From: Terriglobia bacterium
GTDB taxonomy: Bacteria; Acidobacteriota; Terriglobia; JAJPHL01; JAPKYU01
DNA: 64,000 nucleotides
NCBI GenBank assembly: GCA_965206645.1
Contig: CBDBKE010000004.1
Coordinates: 1,056,001 to 1,120,000, forward strand
Direction of reading: 5' to 3'
Below are positions 55,870 to 64,000 of the stretch, piece after piece; positions within the stretch are counted from its first letter, which is position 1; every line of letters begins with the position of its first letter. Both the position numbers and the translations under genes were made by a program. The notes beneath the pieces were generated by a model. That model saw nothing but the letters and a program-made list of their open reading frames with translations, searched no databases and had not been told where the DNA came from.

Positions 55870-56260
55870 ACAGTTCATTGCCTCACGGATCGCTGATCGA
55901 AGGGAGTTTTGGTGGATTCTCCGGTGGCTGCTCCACCCCAAGCGCCCCGATGAGCGGGTGCTGTGGGAGAGCAGGATTTATCTCGGTGAGACATTTTTTA
56001 ACGAAATCATCCAGCATTCGGGTGCTGTGCCGCTCGACATGACATGAACACCCTCAAGGCCCTCAAGCGGTCCTCTCCGGGATTGGATCTCTATGCTCTG
56101 GCTCACCTACCGCACTTTTGCGCTGACGCGCCCGATGTGGCTTCGCTAGCGGCAGTTGTACCGCCAGTTCGGGGCGTGACGTACCCAAGGTAAGCGATCA
56201 CCGCACCATCCAAAACTTCAGTGTTGAATGTGACGGCATCAGTCCACCGGCGCTTTAAGA
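55870..56260 (+). pseudogene. Plasmid RepA (pBBR1-like) C-terminal fragment
   Basis: EFWW...LWESRIYLGE.FFNEII..VPLDM; LKALKRS..GLDLY; LTYR; frameshifted. Confidence 0.75.
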
Positions 56261-56348
56261 CAGCGTGTAGCGCAACTAGCCGCCAGATGGTCGCTGAGCT
56301 ATGAGACTTGATTGAAGCCCCTATACTGGAGCTTGCAAGTGAGATTAG

Positions 56349-56605
56349 GAAGCGGCGGGGCAGGATGCCTCCCGCTGATGCGCGTGTTATCCTTGCGGGG
56401 CTTCCTGCTGAAATGAATCTTGTGTCCCAACACCGTTCACTTTGGTAAGAATCCATCCTGCAATTCCCTTCCGCGCTGCGTTCCATTCGCCGGAGCATGG
56501 CGCGACCGGTTCCAGGTGCCCCGTCCCGGTTGCGATTCCCCAATCGGGCTTGCCGCCTCCGACCGGAAGACGGGTGTAGGATTGCGCCATTTACCACCGG
56601 CCTTC
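56349..56605 (+). repeat. Structured leader element, copy 4 (3'-truncated)
   Basis: Aligns with the first ~255 nt of copy 2. Confidence 0.85.
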
Positions 56606-56904
56606 ACCGCGCCTTCACGCGAGGTCCGCAGTCGGGCAATTCAATTCGGCGGGCTTTGCGCAGCTTTCGAGTCAGCCACAACCACGCCAGCGGCACGAAC
56701 ACCAGCACTATGGGACGCAAACGGGATGATCGAGGCGGCAGGTATGGGGATCGGTTCGAAGATCCACCAGATTGCGCAGAGGCAGGTAATCGCAGCCGTC
56801 CAGCAGACTGCGACTTCCAGTCGCGCTCCGAAGCGCAGTGCCAGTAACAGAGCCACTGCGGCAGTCGGCCCGCCGATCAGGGCCAGTGTTTTCCGATCCG
56901 GCAC
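56606..56904 (-). pseudogene. SLC13/DASS transporter N-terminal fragment
   Basis: AIWWIFEPIPIPAASIIP. Confidence 0.7.
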
Positions 56905-57019
56905 GAGGGAAATGCTACAACGGAACGGATAGGACTCACAATTTTAGTCTCGGCAGCAAGCGCAGTGAGGGCTGCGTCGAATTGGCGGGCAAGAAGTATG
57001 GCAAGACCCGGCCGCAGCA

Positions 57020-57290
57020 AACCTCGACGGGAGCGCTTGGCACAGCGGAAATAGTGGAGACCGCACGCATCCGGTGGACTAGCAGGCGCCGAATTCGTTT
57101 GGCCTGCACGACATACTGGGGAATGTCTTTGAATAGGTGCAGGACTGGTATGGCGGCTACCCGGGCGGTGCGGTGACGGATCCTAGAGGGCCTAGTTCAG
57201 GTTCGTACCGGGTGTTTCGGGGCGGTGGCTGGCTCCACTTCGTCAGGAACTGCCGGTCGTCGTTTCGCCTCTATTCCCCGACCGGACCGG
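57020..57290 (+). pseudogene. Formylglycine-generating enzyme (SUMF1) domain fragment
   Basis: THPV..PNSFGLHDILGNVFE*VQDWY...RVFRGGGW; contains stops. Confidence 0.75.
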
Positions 57291-58154
57291 GGGATTTTCC
57301 CGAGTGAGGGCGTCATGCTGGCCCGCGTGGTGAACTTCTCAGCACTCTGCTGCGGTTCACAAGCTGCGCGAGCATATGGCGTACCTGGAAGGATTGCGCG
57401 AGGCTATCACTCTACGGGCCGCAGCCAACTAAGGACGAAAAGCCAGTTTCACTACAATTGGCTAGTTGGCCGCCCACCGGCTGTGATCGGTCGTGCTGCG
57501 GGCCGCTCGCGAACCTGTTGAACGCTATCGGCGCGAAGCTCAGCCCGAAAGTATTCTGCATCGGCAAGCCTGTTGGTCAAACGACCCTGGCGCGGCGGTA
57601 GAAGTTCGCGGCGAACATCGGCTCCAGGTTGAGATTCCTGCAACCTAACAAAGGCGTTGTGAGCGCTCAGGTCGTGCGTGCCGAGTGCACCGCCAAGGCG
57701 GTCTAAAGAAGATGGAACCTGTGACAGGCACCAGCCAAGGCTTTTGGCCATGCCGTCCTCAGTCTTCCCGAGCAGGTGGAAGACCGTATCCACCTTTCTG
57801 CCATAGATATGCCATCCGATGACCTCCTACGGCATCATTTGAATTTCCTGTCCAACCTGCTTGAGGTCGGCGGCGATCTCCTTACGCGGACGGCGCTTCT
57901 ACTGCGCCTTGAAATCCCGCTTCGCACCTTTGGGGTTGCCCGCACATACTTAGATGCTCGCAACCGCCGAAAGGTATCATTTTAATTTTGCGAGACTCAA
58001 CAAAACTAAAGATGGACCTCCCCCACTGAGGCACTGCCTCCGCGTCTAACCCCGTCACCGGAGGAAAGAGGCTTCCGCCGTCTCGCACCGGCGCCGTTCT
58101 TCTGCGAAAGCCGTTTCGATTCCCTTGCACCCATGCAGAGCGAGGGGGCGACGG

Positions 58155-58991
58155 CTACCAATTCGTCGGTAAGTCCTTGTCCACGGCCTTGTTTAACAGG
58201 TGAGCAAGCCGAAGGCCTGCCTTGGCGAGCTGATTCTCGACGATGGGTAATGCACGGTTCGCGTACGGAGGCTTCAGTTTCCAGGTTGACTTGATTTTCG
58301 CGCCCTTCTTTTTCGTTCGATAAGCGTACTCTTCAGCGATCCGGTAGGATTCCACAGCCCAGCCATCCGTATCGAAATCTTCCCACTGGCTGCTCTGTCC
58401 CTTGAAACGTTCACTGAGGTCTTCTCCGGTATCGGACCACTTCATACCCGCATCCTTGAGTATCGTGGTGTCCCATATCCTGTGCAACTTCAGTTTGTCG
58501 GGTTTGTCGAGATACCAGACCTCGATACGGTTTCCGCCCAAATCATCAGGATACCCGGCATGGAGCGGTTGGTGAATGTCGCCCACGAAGTGGGCTAGGA
58601 AACGCATCGCTTCGCGGCGCTTCTTCTTGGATGCACTGGCATCGGCAAATGTCTTTGCGTAGTGCCGGATGGCCCACGGCGCGCAGCGCTTGGGAGCGGC
58701 GCAGTGGTTGGAAACATCAACGTTTCGCATGCCCTCGGGGATGTTTATGAAGTGGTAGTAGTACGTGTATTTGTGCGTCGTTCTGCGCACTGAATCAGCC
58801 CAGAGGCATGAATCTGAGAACGTTGGGTATTGGTCATTCCGCAGATCCAGCACCGCACGTCGGGCCTCATTCAACAGGTTTTGGAAAGCGACTTCACAGA
58901 CTATCCTGTGCCCTTCCTTTCCCCATCCGAAAGTTGAAGGCACAAACAGCAGCAACGAAATCACGAAGGTTGCTATGGTTAATCTTGTCAT
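58155..58991 (-). CDS. Secreted S1/P1 nuclease
   Basis: Signal peptide, then WG.EGH, WAD, HF.N, H..GD.HQPLH, GGN and LH.IWD motifs. Confidence 0.93.
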   Translation of the reverse strand: MTRLTIATFVISLLLFVPSTFGWGKEGHRIVCEVAFQNLLNEARRAVLDLRNDQYPTFSDSCLWADSVRRTTHKYTYYYHFINIPEGMRNVDVSNHCAAPKRCAPWAIRHYAKTFADASASKKKRREAMRFLAHFVGDIHQPLHAGYPDDLGGNRIEVWYLDKPDKLKLHRIWDTTILKDAGMKWSDTGEDLSERFKGQSSQWEDFDTDGWAVESYRIAEEYAYRTKKKGAKIKSTWKLKPPYANRALPIVENQLAKAGLRLAHLLNKAVDKDLPTNW

Positions 58992-59664
58992 GGTTATTCA
59001 CTGACCTGTCCCCCAAAATGTTGTACTACGTAGCTTGCTAAAAACAACTCGAACGCTTCCGGTGCCGGCGGCCGGTAAGCCAAAGCAATATGCGATCGTC
59101 GCATATTGTACGCCATTCGCAAACGCTCGATAAGCACCTGCGCCTCGTAGAGCGTGTCGAAGATCTCCAGATTGAGCAGTTCGTTGCGCAGTGTGCCGTC
59201 GGTGTGAGGACGTGATGCCGGACTCGACCGACTCCTCCACGAAGGGAACCGGACTGGCCGCCGCCGCGTCCATCACTCCGCTATTCACCCGAACAGAATG
59301 TTGAGGCGCTCCACCTTGGCTATTGTCGGCAGAGCATCGAGGAAATTGTCGGTTGGGGATGCAGTCAACTACACTGGGTGTTGATCCTCCAGCCCTGGAA
59401 GCCCGCCATCGCTCCCATGTCCCCCAGTTCGTGAAATAGTCCTCCGCCCCCTTTCGGTGGCCCGTAGACGGCCCCTGACGGCCCAGGAGGCCTCCTAGGG
59501 GGGCGTTTTGCCCAGCCGAGGCCCTGCAAGTCACTTCTGGAGCGTCTGAGGCAGTGTTTATGCGAAAATCACTGTCAGGAGCGTTCTTCTATCCTCCTGC
59601 ATCCCCGTGCCGCCGGAACTGAGCATCGCCAAGGATTATTTCGACATGGGAGAGCTGTAAAGCC

Positions 59665-61784
59665 ATGCGCCTGTCCTGGAACGAAATGCGCGCCCGCGCT
59701 GCCAGCTTCGCCGACGAGTGGCGGGATGCGGCCTACGAGAAGGGTGAGACGCAGAGCTTCTACAACGAGTTCTTCGAGATCTTCGGTGTGCGGCGGCGGA
59801 CCGTCGCGCGCTACGAAGCGCATGTACAGAAGCTGGATAACCAGTCCGGGTTCATCGACCTGTTCTGGCCGGGCGTCCTGATCGTCGAGCAGAAGAGCGC
59901 GGGACGCGATCTCGCCCGCGCCTACGGGCAGGCCGGGGAGTATTTCGACAGCCTGTCCGAAAGGGACCGGCCGCGCTATATCCTGGTCAGCGACTTTCAG
60001 AGCTTCGAGCTTCACGATCTGGACGAGGGCGAACAAACCTGTTTCGCCCTGGCGGACCTACCCTCCCATGTCGAGGCGTTCGGCTTCATCCTGGGCGTGC
60101 AGCGCCGAACCTTCCGCGATCAGGATCCGGTCAACGTCGAAGCCTCGGCGTCGATGGGGCGGCTACATGACGCGCTCGAAGCGTCCGGTTACGGTGGCCA
60201 TGACCTGGAGGTGTTCCTAGTTCGTACGGTGTTCTGTCTGTTCGCCGATGACACCGGCATCTTCGAGCCGCGCGACATCTTCCTGGACCTGCTGGAGACC
60301 CGGACCCGCGAAGACGGCTCCGACCTCGGCCCCTGTCTCGCGCGGCTGTTCCAGGTGCTAAATACGCCCGTGGACCGGCGTCAGGCCAAGCTCGATGAAG
60401 ACCTCGCCCGCTTTCCCTATGTCAACGGCGATCTGTTCAGGGCACGGCTCACCATTCCCGATTTCGACGCGGCGATGCGGGCGGCGCTGATCGACGCCTG
60501 CCGCTTCAACTGGGAGGCCATCTCACCCGCCATCTTCGGTGCGCTCTTCCAGTCCGTGATGGACTCCGCCGAGCGCCGCGCCCAGGGTGCCCACTACACG
60601 ACCGAGAAGAACATCCTGAAGGTGATCGGGCCGCTGTTTCTCGACGACCTGAGAGCGGAGTTCGAGCGGCTCAAAAGGCGTAAAGACAAGCGTCGACGCG
60701 CCGAACTAAGGTCCTTTCAGAAGCGGCTTGGCGAGATGAAGTTCTTCGATCCGGCCTGCGGTTGCGGCAATTTCCTGATCATTGCCTATCGGGAATTGCG
60801 TGAACTGGAAATCGAGCTGATCCGGGAGTTACGCCGCGGCAGGGGCGATGAGATGCAACAGGAGCTTGACGCTGAGCTTCTGTCATGGATCACCGTGGAC
60901 CAGTTTTACGGCATCGAGATCGGCGAGTTCCCGGCCCGCATCGCAGAGACCGCGATGTGGATGATGGACCACATCATGAATAACCGGCTGAGCCTGGCGT
61001 TCGGTCAGAGCTATGTCCGCATTCCGCTGGAAGGCTCGCCGCAAATCCTGAACGCCGATGCCCTGGAAACCGACTGGAAGGCATTGTTGCCACCGGAAGA
61101 CTGCTCTTTCGTGTTTGGGAATCCGCCGTTCGCCGGGTCGAAGTACCAGAGCGAAGAACAGCGCACCCAGGTGCGCCGAATTGCGGCCTTGGGCAAGACC
61201 GGTGGAACCCTCGACTATGTGACCGCCTGGTTCATCAAGGCGGGGGAATATATTCAAAGGGGATCGGCGCGAATTGGCTTTGTCTCGACCAACTCGATCA
61301 CGCAGGGCGAGCAGGTGGCACAGCTCTGGCCGATCTTGTTTACGCGAGCCAAGCTGGAAATCGCCTTTGCGCACCGCACCTTCGCCTGGGGCTCGGACGC
61401 GCGCGGCAAGTCCCATGTGCATGTTGTCATTATCGGGCTCGACGGCCAGGAGCTCGGGCGGGCGGACAAGCGCCTGTTCAACTACCCCGACATCAATGGC
61501 GAGCCGGAGGAAACGATTCATGCTGCGCTATCACCCTATCTGTTCGATACTGGCGGGCTTGCCGATCCGCGTCTGGTGGTGTGCGAGGGAAGCCACCCGA
61601 TCAACGGGATGGCGAAGTTGATTATTGGATCGAAACCCATCGACGGGGGCCATTATATTCTCACGGCTGAGGAACGGACCGCGTTGCTTGCCGCAGAGCC
61701 GGATGTCGCACCCCTCCTGCGTCCCTACGTCGGCGCCCAAGAGTATCTACGAGGCGGCGAGCGCTGGATTCTTGCCCTGCATGA
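59665..61784 (+). pseudogene. MmeI-like type IIL/IIG R-M enzyme truncated by MITE-A
   Basis: FIDLFWPG..EQKS, GAHYT, DPACGCGNFL and GNPPF motifs; TRD cut (VLSS*). Confidence 0.9.
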
Positions 61785-61915
61785 GGTACTGTCAAGTTGA
61801 GCAGAATCCGCCCGTTTTGCGGAAGGATTCTGCTGGATCAGAGACTGAGAATCAATGACTTAGCGGTGGCGGCGGGCGGCGAGAATGCCGCCAAACTGCT
61901 TAACTTGACAGTACC
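61785..61915 (+). mobile_element. MITE-A, copy 4
   Basis: 131-bp copy. Confidence 0.92.
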
Positions 61916-62125
61916 GTCGTGACCGCGACCCGGATCGAGGAACCGCTGCAGCAGGTGCCGCTGAGCATCTCGGCGGTGACCGGGGCGAACCTCAAGCGGC
62001 GGGCCATCGGGAACCTGACGGAGCTGTCGCGCTAGACGCCCGGCCTGACCGTAGTCGACCAGGGCGCGCGCGGCAGCAACGTCCTCATCGTGCACGGCCT
62101 GCACACGGACGCGCTGACCGGCGTC
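61916..62125 (+). pseudogene. TonB-dependent receptor plug fragment
   Basis: VVTATRIEEPLQQVPLSISAV...*TPGL. Confidence 0.75.
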
Positions 62126-62133
62126 GGCGTTCC

Positions 62134-62157
62134 GACTGCCAGCCGGACTGCCAGCCG
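62134..62157. repeat. 12-bp tandem repeat, candidate integrase arm site
   Basis: GACTGCCAGCCG x2, 100 bp inside the tRNA fragment. Confidence 0.6.
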
Positions 62158-62256
62158 TTTCTGGTCCTGTCAGCCATTTTCTGACCCGTTGAGACCTGGC
62201 CTGGTTGTCGTTTTACTGAGCAAATGCGGATCTATTGATGTTTCTAGTCAGGCATG

Positions 62257-62301
62257 ATCGGATTAGAAGGCCGATGCTCTATCCAACTGAGCTGCGGGCG
62301 C
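62257..62301 (-). pseudogene. 5' half of tRNA-Arg(TCT), right island boundary
   Basis: GCGCCCGCAGCTCAGTTGGATAGAGCATCGGCCTTCTAATCCGAT; no T arm follows. Confidence 0.82.
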
Positions 62302-62364
62302 ATACTCTATTCTCTTGAGTCTACAGAGACCGGCTGAGTGCTGCCACCGGCCACCACACTAGGA

Positions 62365-64000
62365 TTAGGCAAGGTCGAAGCGGTCAAGATTCATCACCTT
62401 GTCCCACGCCGTCACAAAGTCACGCACAAACGCCTGCTGCGAGTCGTCGCAGGCATAGACCTCCGCGATGGCTCTGAGCTGGGAGTTCGAACCGAAGACG
62501 AGGTCGACGGCGGTGCCGGTCCACCTGAGCTCGCCCGTCCCCTGATCGCGTCCCTCGAACACGTGCTCGGATGTGGAGGACGCCTGCCACTTCGTGTTTA
62601 TGTCGAGCAGGTTCACGAAGAAATCATTGGTCAAAATATCTGGCCGCTTAGTGAAGACGCCGAGTTCGGACTGCCCGACGTTGGCGTTCAGGACACGCAT
62701 ACCGCCGACGAGCACCGTCATCTCAGGAGCGGTCAGCGTCAGCCTGTGGGCCCGATCCACCAGCAGCTCCTCCGCCGACCTGCGGTGTCCGTTTCCGAGG
62801 TAGTTGCGAAATCCGTCTTCGGTGGGTTCGAGTACGGCGAATGAGTCCACGTCGGTTTGCTCCGGCGACGCGTCCGCGCGCCCCGGCGAGAAGGGAACCT
62901 GCACGTCGTGCCCGGCGTTCTTCGCAGCTTCCTCGACGGCGGCGCACCCGCCGAGAACGACCACGTCGGCGAGTGAGACGATCTTCCCGTTGGGCTGCGA
63001 GCTGTTGAATGCCGTTTGGATCTTCTCCAGCGTCTGCAGCACGTTCCCCAGTTCGGCCGGGTTGTTCACGTCCCAGTCCTTCTGCGGCGCGAGGCGAATG
63101 CGCGCCCCATTTGCCCCACCGCGTTTGTCGGTGCGACGGAACGTTGCCGCGGACGCCCAGGCGGTCGAGACCAGCTGCGAAATGGAGAGTCCTGATGCGA
63201 GAATTTTGCCCTTGAGTGCAGCGATATCTGGCTCGCCGATCAATTCATGCGTGACGTCGGGGACCGGGTCTTGCCACAACTGCGGCTCCGCAGGAACCAA
63301 CGGGCCGAGACACCGCGTGCGAGGCCCCATGTCGCGGTGCGTCAGCTTGTACCACGCCTTGGCGAAGGCGTCTGCGAACTCCCCCGGGTTCTCGTGGAAG
63401 CGCTTTGAAATCGGCGCGTAGATCGGGTCCATTCTCAGTGAGAGGTCTGTTGTTAGCATGATGGGGGCGTGCTTCTTCGACGGATCGTGAGCATCCGGCA
63501 CGGTGCCACGCGCCGATGCATCGGTGGGGGTCCACTGCGTCGCACCGGCAGGACTCTTGACCTGCTCCCACTCGTAGCCGAACAAGTTGTCGAAGTAGTT
63601 GTTGTCCCACTTCGCCGGCTCGGTGGTCCAAGCACCGTCCAACCCGCTGGTGATCGTGTCGCCGGCCTTGCCGCTGCCAAAGCTGTTCTTCCAGCCTAGG
63701 CCTTGCTCCTCCAGGCTGGCACCCTCTGGTGCGGGACCGACGTACTGGTCCGCATCGGCGGCACCATGTGTCTTGCCGAACGTGTGTCCGCCGGCAATGA
63801 GCGCAACCGTCTCCTCATCGTTCATCGCCATGCGGCGGAATGTTTCTCGAATGTCCCTGGCTGCAGCGAGTGGGTCCGGGTTACCGTTCGGTCCCTCCGG
63901 ATTCACGTAAATCAGGCCCATCTGAACGGCGCCGAGGGGATTCTCGAGTTCCCTGTCGCCGGTGTAACGCTCGTCGTCAAGCCACATCGTCTCCGGTCCC
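62365..64000 (-). CDS. katG: Catalase-peroxidase (5' part lies outside the window)
   Basis: [29 protein letters not shown] and KVMNLDRFD motifs. Confidence 0.97.
   Translation of the reverse strand, partial: GPETMWLDDERYTGDRELENPLGAVQMGLIYVNPEGPNGNPDPLAAARDIRETFRRMAMNDEETVALIAGGHTFGKTHGAADADQYVGPAPEGASLEEQGLGWKNSFGSGKAGDTITSGLDGAWTTEPAKWDNNYFDNLFGYEWEQVKSPAGATQWTPTDASARGTVPDAHDPSKKHAPIMLTTDLSLRMDPIYAPISKRFHENPGEFADAFAKAWYKLTHRDMGPRTRCLGPLVPAEPQLWQDPVPDVTHELIGEPDIAALKGKILASGLSISQLVSTAWASAATFRRTDKRGGANGARIRLAPQKDWDVNNPAELGNVLQTLEKIQTAFNSSQPNGKIVSLADVVVLGGCAAVEEAAKNAGHDVQVPFSPGRADASPEQTDVDSFAVLEPTEDGFRNYLGNGHRRSAEELLVDRAHRLTLTAPEMTVLVGGMRVLNANVGQSELGVFTKRPDILTNDFFVNLLDINTKWQASSTSEHVFEGRDQGTGELRWTGTAVDLVFGSNSQLRAIAEVYACDDSQQAFVRDFVTAWDKVMNLDRFDLA

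Noticed and set aside
59465-59576. Possible IS end or palindromic element before the MmeI-like gene
   Set aside because: Single copy with no partner IR or transposase.

Overview
About 62 kb of this window is a heavily decayed genomic island. It ends on the right at a 5' half of tRNA-Arg(TCT) (62257-62301), next to chromosomal katG. The island looks like several related integrative/mobilisable elements stacked together, leaving fragments of tyrosine integrase and xis, TrbB ATPase, TrbC pilin, MobA/MobS and RepA, plus two copies of an AT-rich oriV-like site. It also has four copies of a structured leader, two of which still precede an 82-aa putative ssDNA-binding protein. It has been cut up by two IS3 types, IS1182, IS21, IS1380, IS5, IS30 and Tn3 pieces, and by two families of IS6-like MITEs. 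Cargo is mostly defence. Intact: Gabija, a ~1770-aa SF1 helicase-nuclease, an HNH protein, VapBC and HigBA. Broken: type I R-M, MmeI-like R-M, Cas3 and a PIN gene. Less obvious observations: (1) two selenoprotein genes missed by the ORF track; (2) a 119-bp MITE pair with an inverted 8-bp target duplication, indicating a replicative inversion of vapBC; (3) IS1182 repeatedly targeting a 34-bp palindrome inside IS3; (4) a ClpP-like gene whose predicted leader is antisense to a degenerate tRNA-Cys. No CRISPR array was seen. All calls come from reading motifs by eye; no searches were run.
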